A stretch of DNA of 64,000 bases, taken from contig CBDEGM010000002.1 of the NCBI GenBank assembly GCA_965237715.1, positions 67,234-131,233 on the forward strand, given 5' to 3'. A program made the position numbers and the translations under genes. Each line of letters starts with the position of its first letter. Positions within the stretch are counted from its first letter, which is position 1. Positions 18,573 through 26,956 of the stretch are shown piece after piece. The notes under the pieces are model-generated. The model searched no databases and was not told where the DNA came from. It saw nothing but the letters and a program-made list of their open reading frames with translations. This DNA is from Acidobacteriota bacterium. Its GTDB lineage: Bacteria; Acidobacteriota; UBA6911; RPQK01; CBDEGM01.

Positions 18573-19829
18573 TTAAAGGGAACTCCCAACTGGCGTACCT
18601 CGGGCCGGCGTTTGATCGGTGACCTTGACTTGCCCGCCCAAATTGAACCACTGAACAATCCGGTCAAAATCCCCGTTGGGAAAACGCTTGACAAAGGCAT
18701 TGAGGACGGAGGCTTCGATGAGTTCCCTGGCCACGTTTTCTTCACCCCGAAGCTGACCTTCGTATTCCATTTCCAGCTTTCCGGTGATGGCAGTGATGGA
18801 AGCGTAGATATCCGCAATGCGCAAGACCACTTTCTTCTCTCTAGCCAGCGTGGCTCTACGTTCAGCGTTGCTGATAGTATTTTCCAGGCAAGAAATGGGA
18901 ACACGTTGGCTAATCCCTGAGCGCTTGTCAATGCGGGAGTCCTGGCGTCCGTGGAAGGCGATACCTTCCACAACCTCCCGGATATACTCGGGGATCAATA
19001 GCTCCTTGTTCAGTTTTCGGTTGGTCCAAGACTCCTGAAGGGTGATACGGATGCCTTCATCCAGGCGATGGGGGTAGTGTGTCTTGATCTCCGAACCGAT
19101 TCGGTCTTTCAGGGGGGTGATGATTTTTCCACGTGCCGTGTAATCTTCCGGGTTAGCCGAGAAAACCAATAGGATGTCTAGCGGCAGACGGATGGGAAAC
19201 CCCTTAATCTGGACGTCGCCTTCCTGCATGATGTTGAAAAGGCTGACTTGAATCTTAGGAGCCAGATCAGGGAGCTCGTTCATCGCAAAGATGCCTCGGT
19301 GGGCGCGGGGCAGAAGACCAAAGTGGATGTTCTCATGAGCGGAAAGATCCCTCCCCTTTTTGGCTGCTTTGATGGGGTCTAGATCGCCGATCGTGTCGGC
19401 GATGGTGACATCCGGGGTCGCGAGCTTCTCCACATAGCGCTCCTCGCGGGAAAGATAGGCGATTGGTAAATCGTCTCCAGCTTCCCTGGTCAGCCTCCGG
19501 CAGGTGGCACAGACGGGGAAGAAGGGATCGTCATGAATTTCACACCCTCCAATATAAGGGATCTCCTCATCCAGGAATTGCGTCAAGGCTCGCAGAATGC
19601 GACTCTTAGCCTGCCCGCGAAGGCCTAGAAAGATCATATGGTGTCTGGAGAGCAGAGCGTTGATGATTCTAGGGATGACGGAATCATCGTAGCCCAAGAT
19701 TCCCGGGAACAAGTGCTCCTTTTGCTTCAACTTCAGAAGCAGGTTTTGGCGAATCTCGTCCTTAACGGAATGGAATGAAGCAGGTGCTCCTTTTTCTCTT
19801 TTCAGTTCTCCCAGGGTGGCGGGTTTCAT
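18573..19829 (-). CDS. Mg-chelatase ChlI/BchI-like AAA+ ATPase. Its C-terminus may continue in another frame to about 18410
   Basis: The Walker A variant GLRGQAKS is ChlI-like (GxRGTGKS). Sensor motifs ANPEDYTARGKIITPLKDRIG are present. The in-frame end ...VTDQTPARGTPVGSSL looks degenerate. The +1 frame downstream encodes a clean Lys/Glu-rich tail ...LGVPFKKNLETTISIIELILEGLYTQKKLNRSEKKGYYKVAEKRDGEYYEDFPEQKKSFN. Confidence 0.55.
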   Translation of the reverse strand: MKPATLGELKREKGAPASFHSVKDEIRQNLLLKLKQKEHLFPGILGYDDSVIPRIINALLSRHHMIFLGLRGQAKSRILRALTQFLDEEIPYIGGCEIHDDPFFPVCATCRRLTREAGDDLPIAYLSREERYVEKLATPDVTIADTIGDLDPIKAAKKGRDLSAHENIHFGLLPRAHRGIFAMNELPDLAPKIQVSLFNIMQEGDVQIKGFPIRLPLDILLVFSANPEDYTARGKIITPLKDRIGSEIKTHYPHRLDEGIRITLQESWTNRKLNKELLIPEYIREVVEGIAFHGRQDSRIDKRSGISQRVPISCLENTISNAERRATLAREKKVVLRIADIYASITAITGKLEMEYEGQLRGEENVARELIEASVLNAFVKRFPNGDFDRIVQWFNLGGQVKVTDQTPARGTPVGSSL

Positions 19830-19848
19830 GGTGATTGCCACAAGAATA

Positions 19849-21210
19849 TCACAGTTCCAAAATGCGTAAGATCTCGTCTTTGTCGGGTGGGACGACAATG
19901 GGCCTGTTGGCGTAGGTGGAGTTGAGCTTGCCCGACTTTTCCACCAGCACGTTCTCGTAAACGGCAGTTTGGTATAGGTTATCCAGGTGGTAGTTTACGG
20001 TGTACTCAGGATCCTTCAACTGGTGGCCTGTAAGGATCGCCACTACATCCTCATCCGGATCGATGGTTATCTCAGACCCGGAAGTCCGGCTCAGGGCCAA
20101 GAGTTTCTTCAAACCCGCAATCGTGGTAGCGGAGGCGGGCTCGCACCCGATTCCGTCACGACCCAGGACGGCCTTGGCGTCGGCAATCTCCTGCTCAGTG
20201 ACGACATCGCACCAGCCGTCGGTGAATTGCAGTGCGCGCATCGCCTTCTTCCAGCTAATGGGGCGACCAATCTTGATGGCGCTGGCCAGTGTCTGGGCAT
20301 CCGCAACCGGGACCAAATCCCGGGAACTGGTCACCAGTGTCCGGTAAAAGGGATCGGCGCCGCTTGCCTGGATGACGGTGATGCGAGGGATCTTTTCGAT
20401 CAACCCCAGTTCTTTGAGCTCACTGAAGGCCTTTCCGTAGGAGGAGCTGTTGCCCAGGTTGCCGCCCGGCACCACTATCCGGTCCGGCACCCGCCAATCA
20501 AGCTGATCCAAAAGCTCTATCATCACGGTTTTCTGCCCCTCCAGCCGGAAAGGATTGATGGAGTTCATGAGATAGAGGTCCTTTTCGCTGGAGAGCTCCC
20601 GCACCAATCGCATCGCCACGTCGAAATCGCCCTGGATCTGAAGGGTCAGGGCCCCATAATCAAGTGCCTGAGACAATTTTCCATAGGCAATCTGGCCTTC
20701 CGGAATAAAGACCACGGCACGGATATTGGTTCGTGCACAATAAGCGGCCATTGAGGCAGAAGTATTGCCGGTGGAAGCACAGCCGACCGCCCGAGAGCCG
20801 AGTTTTCCAGCTTGAGCAATGGCCACGGTCATCCCATAGTCCTTGAAGGAGCCGCTGGGATTCCACCCCAGGTGCTTGACCTTGAGCTGCGTCAGACCAG
20901 CATGCTCGGCACTGCGGGGAGCGGAGAGAAGTGGATTGTTCCCCTCTCCCAGGGTGACCACCCAGTCCAGATCCTCTTCGCGAAAGGGCAGAAGCTCGCG
21001 GTAGCGCCAGACACCGCTCAGGTCGAGGTTGTGGTTGGATAAACGCCGCTGGCGGAAGGTCTTTTTGAGTTTTGCTGGGTCGAAGTGGGGAAAGCGATAG
21101 TCGATGTCCAAAAGATCCAGACAGGCCGGACATTGATAGAGTTTGTGGGTGATCTCGAATTCTTTCTGGCAGGACTCACTGATACAGCGGAAGTAGAATC
21201 GATCAGTCAT
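19849..21210 (-). CDS. thrC: Threonine synthase (long form with an N-terminal zinc-ribbon)
   Basis: 453 aa with an N-terminal CQKEF...CPAC zinc-ribbon, a PLP-binding lysine region SFKDYGMTV, and GCASTGNTSAS. Confidence 0.85.
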   Translation of the reverse strand: MTDRFYFRCISESCQKEFEITHKLYQCPACLDLLDIDYRFPHFDPAKLKKTFRQRRLSNHNLDLSGVWRYRELLPFREEDLDWVVTLGEGNNPLLSAPRSAEHAGLTQLKVKHLGWNPSGSFKDYGMTVAIAQAGKLGSRAVGCASTGNTSASMAAYCARTNIRAVVFIPEGQIAYGKLSQALDYGALTLQIQGDFDVAMRLVRELSSEKDLYLMNSINPFRLEGQKTVMIELLDQLDWRVPDRIVVPGGNLGNSSSYGKAFSELKELGLIEKIPRITVIQASGADPFYRTLVTSSRDLVPVADAQTLASAIKIGRPISWKKAMRALQFTDGWCDVVTEQEIADAKAVLGRDGIGCEPASATTIAGLKKLLALSRTSGSEITIDPDEDVVAILTGHQLKDPEYTVNYHLDNLYQTAVYENVLVEKSGKLNSTYANRPIVVPPDKDEILRILEL

Positions 21211-21270
21211 TGGTCATTGGTCACTGGTCACTGGTCATTCGTCATTTGTCAATGGTTACAGGTTCCCGGT
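21211..21270. repeat. Ten tandem heptamers (TCATTGG/TCACTGG... on the plus strand, CCAATGA/CCAGTGA on the coding strand) abutting and including the thrC ATG
   Basis: cat tggtcat tggtcac tggtcac tggtcat tcgtcat ttgtcaa tggttac aggttcc cggttcc cgg. The thrC start codon is the ATG of the last CCAATGA unit. Confidence 0.6.
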
Positions 21271-21279
21271 TCCCGGCTC

Positions 21280-22713
21280 GAGGCTGCCCCAAACTCAGTT
21301 GAAAGTGAAGGGCGGTTCAGGTTGAGCACGATCTTAAGCCACCTTTCGTTTGGCGTCCATAGAAACCTCGTCTCTGAGTTTGGCTTTCAGCATCCAGAGG
21401 TCCTGGTAGCCCTGGATGCGCCGGAAGTTCTTCTCCGTCTCCAGGAAGGCTGAGGCGACCCAGCGCAGCACCATCTGGCTATCTTTCCAGCGGCTCACTC
21501 GGCGGGTCCGCATCCTCACGCCAGAGTGAGGGCTTTCAATCAGGTTGGTGCTGGCCAGACACAAGCGCAGGGAGGAAGACAACTCGAGTCGATTGATGGT
21601 GAAGGTCTCTTCCAGACCTTCTCGCAGGCTAGCTGCCGCATCGGGATGCAGCCCTTCGAGCCACTCCGCCTGCTTTCTGAGCCGAACCCTCCCTTCTTCC
21701 CAGGGCAGCCGATAAGCAGCCTGCATCACTGACTTGACTTGCTCGGCCAGATCGTCCGGCAATCGATCGCACACGTTGCGAATCTTATGACGACGACATC
21801 TCTGCACCGGACTGCCCTTGCCAAAGACCTTGTCAATGGCACATCGCAGGGCCCTGGAGCCGTCAATCACAAACAGATAGCGTCGCCCGGAATCCAGGCC
21901 TCGCTCCACCAGGTCTTCCAGCAAGGAGGTAGCGGTGGCGGCGTTTTCACTGGCCCCTTCCCGCAGCCCCAGCACGTGCTTTTGGCCCTCCGAGTCCACG
22001 CCGGCGGCACAGATCACGTGGTGCTCGCCAAAGACCAGGCCGTCGATGTAGATGATCAGAAACTCAACGTCATCAAAGTGTCGCTCGGCCAGCTGCTCCA
22101 GCTGCTGGCCGCTCTGCTCAATGAACTGACGGCTCACGGACGATTTGCTGACTCCCACCGTGTCGGCCATCTGGGGGATCACGCGGCTGTAGTGGCGCGT
22201 GGAAACGTTGCACGTCAAGATCTCCAGCATGCGGCTGCCCAGCTCCCCGTTACGGTTGATCGCCTCATAGGCGGGGATCTCCACCTCCCCGCCTCGACCT
22301 TGGCCTTTCTTGCGCAGCCGTGGCTTTCGAACCCGCACTTGCCGCTCCGAAAGTCTGACTCGCCCTGGCTGAGTGCCGTACCAAACGACCTGCTTGCCTG
22401 GGCGCCCTTGTTGCTTTTCGCCGGCGACACTTCGGGCAGAAAGCTGCAAGACCGCTTCCATGCTCGCTCGCCCCAGGATGTCGATCAACTCGTCAATGGC
22501 CATCCGGGAGGCTTCGATCAGCTCCACCATCGGGAGCAACAGTTGCCCGTTCTGGGCCAGATAATCAGCCAGCCCCTGACTGTTCTTCCGGGTGACAATT
22601 CGATATGATTTCTTCATGGCGGTTCCTCCTTAAAAGGTTGTTGACCAACCCGATTCTAACGAGTCGGTCGGACGAACCGCCTCTCAACTTTCAACTAAAC
22701 CCGGGACAGTCTC
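21280..22713 (-). mobile_element. IS256-family copy 2 with a perfect 8-bp target duplication cccggctc
   Basis: Same termini as copy 1. Direct repeats at 21272-21279 and 22714-22721. Inserted between thrC and lutA. Confidence 0.85.
21334..22617 (-). CDS. IS256-family transposase (copy 2)
   Basis: 427 aa, differing at 2 residues from copy 1. Confidence 0.85.
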   Translation of the reverse strand: MKKSYRIVTRKNSQGLADYLAQNGQLLLPMVELIEASRMAIDELIDILGRASMEAVLQLSARSVAGEKQQGRPGKQVVWYGTQPGRVRLSERQVRVRKPRLRKKGQGRGGEVEIPAYEAINRNGELGSRMLEILTCNVSTRHYSRVIPQMADTVGVSKSSVSRQFIEQSGQQLEQLAERHFDDVEFLIIYIDGLVFGEHHVICAAGVDSEGQKHVLGLREGASENAATATSLLEDLVERGLDSGRRYLFVIDGSRALRCAIDKVFGKGSPVQRCRRHKIRNVCDRLPDDLAEQVKSVMQAAYRLPWEEGRVRLRKQAEWLEGLHPDAAASLREGLEETFTINRLELSSSLRLCLASTNLIESPHSGVRMRTRRVSRWKDSQMVLRWVASAFLETEKNFRRIQGYQDLWMLKAKLRDEVSMDAKRKVA

Positions 22714-22905
22714 CCCGGCTCTCTCCTGGAGGGTAAGGTGAAGACCCGAAAATCTGTAGTCGGAAGACTGGCCACCTGGTACCGGTGACCCATGACCGTT
22801 TTGGATCAATCCGCCATTCGGGGATACAGACCATTCATTTTACAAAGCGAAAGTGAGAATTTAAACTGACAGTGGATCTTTCCCGGAAAGGGGCAGCCAC
22901 CCGTT

Positions 22906-23625
22906 ATGAAGGTTTCCTTGTTTGTGACTTGCCTGGTGGACCAACTGTTTCCTCAGGTTGGTCTCAGCACGGTCAGGATACTGAAGAAACTGGGGGTGGA
23001 AGTGGATTTCGATCCCCGTCAGACCTGCTGTGGGCAGCCGGCTTTCAACAGCGGCTACGCTGAGGAAGCCTGCCAGGTGGCGCGAAGTTTTATTGAGGTC
23101 TACAAGAACTCGCTTCCCCTTGTCATTCCCTCTGGATCCTGCTGCACCATGATCAAGGTATTTTTGCCAAAGCTTTTCGAGGAAGGGTCTCGTGATCACC
23201 AGCTGGCCAGGCAGATTGCAGATCAATCCTATGAGCTTTCCGATTTTTTGATTTCAGTTCTGGGAGTGAACGAGACGGGGGCGAGCTTTTCTGGTGCCGT
23301 GACCTATCACGATTCCTGTCATCTGCTGCGTGAGCTGGGAATCTTTCGGCAGCCGCGGGAACTGATACAGGCCGTGAAAGGAATTGAGTTTCGGGAGATG
23401 GAAGATTCCACTCGATGCTGTGGCTTTGGTGGAACCTTTTCGGTGAAGTTCGCTGACGTTTCCGCAGCAATCGGCGAGGATAAGGTCCAGCGTATTCTCG
23501 ATTCAGGAGCTGGCTGTGTGATTGCCAACGACGTCAGCTGCCTAATGCATATTGAGGGTCTGCTCCGACGTAGCAATACCCCGGTTCGAACCATGCACAT
23601 CGCCGAACTGCTGGCCAGGTTCTAG
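22906..23625 (+). CDS. lutA: Lactate utilization protein A (Fe-S oxidoreductase, CCG domains)
   Basis: 239 aa with two cysteine-rich CCG-type motifs (CCGQPAF, CCGFGGTF), followed by lutB and lutC. Confidence 0.8.
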   Translation: MKVSLFVTCLVDQLFPQVGLSTVRILKKLGVEVDFDPRQTCCGQPAFNSGYAEEACQVARSFIEVYKNSLPLVIPSGSCCTMIKVFLPKLFEEGSRDHQLARQIADQSYELSDFLISVLGVNETGASFSGAVTYHDSCHLLRELGIFRQPRELIQAVKGIEFREMEDSTRCCGFGGTFSVKFADVSAAIGEDKVQRILDSGAGCVIANDVSCLMHIEGLLRRSNTPVRTMHIAELLARF

Positions 23626-25038
23626 ATGATCAAGATTACCTCCAGTACCCGGAAGGCCTTACAGGACGCTCAGCTGCAGAGAAATCTGAGCCACACACTG
23701 GGCAAGACGATCCATTCGCGCAACCAGGCGGTGGCAAAAGTTTCCAACTGGGAGCAACTTCGTCAGCATGGCCACGATGTGAAGACCCATACCCTCTCTA
23801 GACTGGCAGAGTACCTGGAGCAGCTGGAAGAGCAGGTTCGCGATCGAGGGGGTCAGGTCAAATGGGCGGAAACGGGAGAAGAAGCCGTTCGATTCATTCT
23901 TGACCTGGCGCGCCAAAAGGGCATTAGCAAGGTAGTCAAGAGCAAAACGATGGTAGGCGAAGAGATTCACCTCAATGAAGGTTTAGAGAAAGCCCACATT
24001 CAACCGGTGGAGACAGATCTGGGAGAATATATCATCCAACTTTCTCGGGAAACCCCTTCTCACATCATCGCGCCGGCCCTGCACAAGTCTCGGGGCGAGA
24101 TCGCCGACCTTTTTGCGGAAAAGCTGCAGATGGAGCCTAGCGAAGACGTGCAAAGCATTACCACGACGGCACGAAAGCTGCTTCGGAATCACTTTCTCAC
24201 TGCGCGCATGAGCATCACTGGTGTGAATTTTGCCGTGGCGGAGACGGGAACCATAGTCATTGTGGAAAACGAGGGAAACGCGCGCATCTCGGTTTCGGCT
24301 CCCCAGATCCACGTGGCCTTGATGGGGATCGAAAAAGTGATCCCTCGGAGTTCGGATCTTGCCGTGTTCTTGAAACTGCTCGCTCATAGCGCTACAGGGC
24401 AAAAGGCGACGAGTTATGTGAACTTCATCAGCGGAGCGCGCCGTGCTGGAGAGTTGGATGGACCTGAGGAGTTTTACCTGGTTCTTGTCGACAACGGCCG
24501 GAGTAGGCTGCTCGCTGATCCCTTCCTCAGGCAGACCTTATTCTGCATTCGTTGCGGGGCTTGCCTGAACGTGTGTCCGGTCTATCAGAGAATTGGAGGA
24601 CATGCCTACAATTCAACCTACCCGGGACCGATTGGAGCAATCCTGACGCCACAGTTGCTGTCGGTGAGCGAAGCACCTGAGCATCCGTTCGCTTCATCGC
24701 TTTGTGGCGCCTGCTATGAGACCTGCCCTGTCAAGATCGAGATCCCTCACATTTTGTTGAATCTGCGTGAAAAGGTTCAGCGGAGCAAGAACGAGAGAGC
24801 TACATCCGTACCCCTAGAAAAACTTGCCATGCAGATTTGGGCGTGGGCAATGGGATCCTCGGCCAACTATTCTCGCGCGGGAAGATGGGCCCGGTTCCTT
24901 CTGAAGCCGTTTCAGCGAAATGGACGGCTGGAGATCCCTTTTCCTCCTTTCCGTCGTTGGATGGAAAAGAGGGACTTGCCTGTTCTTGCACCCAGGAGTT
25001 TCCGTGAGCTTTACGAAGGCGAGGAAGAAGCGTCATGA
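23626..25038 (+). CDS. lutB: Lactate utilization protein B (4Fe-4S ferredoxin-type, DUF162/LUD)
   Basis: 470 aa with two CxxCxxC..CP ferredoxin motifs (CIRCGACLNVCP, CGACYETCP). Confidence 0.8.
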   Translation: MIKITSSTRKALQDAQLQRNLSHTLGKTIHSRNQAVAKVSNWEQLRQHGHDVKTHTLSRLAEYLEQLEEQVRDRGGQVKWAETGEEAVRFILDLARQKGISKVVKSKTMVGEEIHLNEGLEKAHIQPVETDLGEYIIQLSRETPSHIIAPALHKSRGEIADLFAEKLQMEPSEDVQSITTTARKLLRNHFLTARMSITGVNFAVAETGTIVIVENEGNARISVSAPQIHVALMGIEKVIPRSSDLAVFLKLLAHSATGQKATSYVNFISGARRAGELDGPEEFYLVLVDNGRSRLLADPFLRQTLFCIRCGACLNVCPVYQRIGGHAYNSTYPGPIGAILTPQLLSVSEAPEHPFASSLCGACYETCPVKIEIPHILLNLREKVQRSKNERATSVPLEKLAMQIWAWAMGSSANYSRAGRWARFLLKPFQRNGRLEIPFPPFRRWMEKRDLPVLAPRSFRELYEGEEEAS

Positions 25039-25739
25039 GTCGTTCTGTGCTGTTGGAGAAAATTCGTCATGCCTCGAGACTGGCTTCAGCATCCCCCTCG
25101 CAGCTTCCCCAGCTTCCCTCCCAGCTTCCTGAGTTTCCCTGCTGGGAAGACCCCATAGCTACATTCTCTGATGAGCTGCAAGAGGTTGGAGGCGTTTTTA
25201 TCGACGCTCGCAGGGAGGACCAGCTGGCCGCCGCACTCTCGGTGATTTTGGAACAGGCCGGATCGACAGAAATCTACTGGGAAGGAGGGAAGATTTTCGA
25301 GAAACATGACCTTCCCTATTCACTTCGTCACCCTGATGCGCTCGCTCAGGGCGATTTACTCTATAGCTTTCATTTCGGCAGCAGCGTCAAATTTCCCTTG
25401 ATTCTGAATTCCAAGCCGTGGGAAAGGAGGGACTTGGCGCGGGTGACCCTTTCCATCAGCAGTGCGCTTTACGGGGTCGCCGAAACAGGGAGTATCGTTC
25501 ATCAGGTCACAACAGGAACGGGACGGCTGCTGTCGGTGCTGCCCTTGGTGCATGCTGTGCTGCTTTCCGAAAAGGACCTGCTTTCAAACCATAGGGAATT
25601 GTTTGAGACTTTACGTTTCCAGGACTGTGGGAGTGCGGTAACGATCATCACAGGGCCCAGTCGCACCGCAGACATCGAAAAGACGCTGATCCTTGGTGTG
25701 CATGGCCCTCAATATTGGTACGTGATCCTGACCCGCTAG
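25035..25739 (+). CDS. lutC: Lactate utilization protein C (LUD domain)
   Basis: 234 aa. Its start overlaps the lutB stop (ATGA). LutC/YkgG-like by operon position. Confidence 0.7.
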   Translation: MSRSVLLEKIRHASRLASASPSQLPQLPSQLPEFPCWEDPIATFSDELQEVGGVFIDARREDQLAAALSVILEQAGSTEIYWEGGKIFEKHDLPYSLRHPDALAQGDLLYSFHFGSSVKFPLILNSKPWERRDLARVTLSISSALYGVAETGSIVHQVTTGTGRLLSVLPLVHAVLLSEKDLLSNHRELFETLRFQDCGSAVTIITGPSRTADIEKTLILGVHGPQYWYVILTR

Positions 25740-25797
25740 TCCCCTCCTCGGAGGGGTGCCGCGAAGCGGCGGGGTGGGTATTCCCCTCCTCTATCCA

Positions 25798-26030
25798 CTG
25801 ACCTGCATTTCTCATCACCCCCCTACTGCATCGGCGTCGCCTTCACCTGAGCGAAGTGAAGAAATCATCCGTCTGGACGGCGTTGCGCTCGTTCGGCCTC
25901 CTAGACTTACTGCGAGAGTACGCCTGCGGGGGCCTCGGTCGCGCCTTGTCCGGCCGGCCCTTCCGCCGCGTGACACGAGTGTCTTGACACGAGTGTCTCG
26001 TGACGAGCAGTGATGAGAAATGCAGGTCAG
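25798..26030. repeat. MITE-like element, family 2, with 21-bp perfect terminal inverted repeats ctgacctgcatttctcatcac
   Basis: 25798-25818 is the reverse complement of 26010-26030. The core ...ctactgcatcggcgtcgccttcacctgagcgaagtgaagaaatcatccgtc... is shared with 41083-41290 and partly with 7534-7612 and 43417-43598. It overlaps the stop codon of the downstream gene. Confidence 0.7.
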
Positions 26031-26818
26031 AATTTTCCCTTGAAGCGTTCTTTGCCGGGCATGATCTCCATGCAGGTGGTCCACCAGCCGGTCTGAATCG
26101 TTGCGATGAACTCCCCGGGCAATGCCTCCTCTTTCATCTCCCGGGCCAACCTAGGGTGATCATAGGTAAGAGGGCGAAACTCACAGTGAAAGGTTCCGTC
26201 GGAGAAATCGAGCAGCGTAAACCACACGTTCCTTGCACCGTCGTTTTCAGGTCGGCCGATCACGCCCACATTGATAAAGTGCCTTCCCGCGGACAAGACC
26301 CGATGCCACTTGATGCCCGTGTGGGTACAGCAGATCACGTCGGCATTGTAATCTGTCGTGAATTTCCATAAGAAGTGATCCGGCGAGGTGCTTTCCCAAA
26401 GAAATTCGTTTGTCTGCCGGGGAGATCCGTGGCAAAGGACGATCTTTAAGGGGCCCAGATAGAATCGCCGGAATCGGGGCAGCGTGCCCAGCCAGGCCTT
26501 GTTCTCGGATGAGGTGTTCTCAAAGGTATAGTCGTAACTGATTTGGGCGAAGTAATTATCCCGGGGGTCGGCGTAGCCACATCCACAGTCTTCCTTTTCT
26601 TCGGCCAGGGAAACGTCGTAATTTCCGGCAATGCTCGAGATCTTGTTCCCGCGCAGTATGGGAAAGCACAGATCCGGGAAAGGGCCGAACCCGCCCATGT
26701 CTCCAAGACAGAAGATCGCGTCCACACCTGCCTTTTCACAATCGAGGAGGACTTGTTTCAGTGCCAGATGGTTATTGTAGACGCCACCGAAGAGAGCAAC
26801 TTTTCCATAACGCTCCAT
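26027..26818 (-). CDS. Metallophosphoesterase (calcineurin-like phosphoesterase)
   Basis: Motifs LGDMGGFGP, GNYD and CHGSP...ICCTHTG. The start is chosen at MERYGKV; the track ORF extends to 26854. Confidence 0.7.
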   Translation of the reverse strand: MERYGKVALFGGVYNNHLALKQVLLDCEKAGVDAIFCLGDMGGFGPFPDLCFPILRGNKISSIAGNYDVSLAEEKEDCGCGYADPRDNYFAQISYDYTFENTSSENKAWLGTLPRFRRFYLGPLKIVLCHGSPRQTNEFLWESTSPDHFLWKFTTDYNADVICCTHTGIKWHRVLSAGRHFINVGVIGRPENDGARNVWFTLLDFSDGTFHCEFRPLTYDHPRLAREMKEEALPGEFIATIQTGWWTTCMEIMPGKERFKGKF

Positions 26819-26910
26819 GATTTCTCTACCGCGACCGACACCCCTTAGCCCCAACGGGGCGGTATGAAATAGCCAGGGGCGTCAGCCCCTGGATTCGGGG
26901 ATCATCCCTT

Positions 26911-26956
26911 AGTACTCCCTTTCATAAATACGGTAACGTATGCGGATGGGGCTTGC
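26911..26956. repeat. Solo terminus of MITE family 1 (the TIR-B type) directly abutting IS256 copy 3
   Basis: agtactccctttcataaatacggtaacgtatgcggatggggcttgc matches the left end of 53575-53849 (41 of 46). The rest of the element is absent. Confidence 0.6.

Noticed and set aside
21211-21270. Possible CRISPR array, suggested by the regularly spaced repeats
   Set aside because: The unit is only 7 bp with no spacers. No cas genes are in the window. It is a heptanucleotide microsatellite, not CRISPR.
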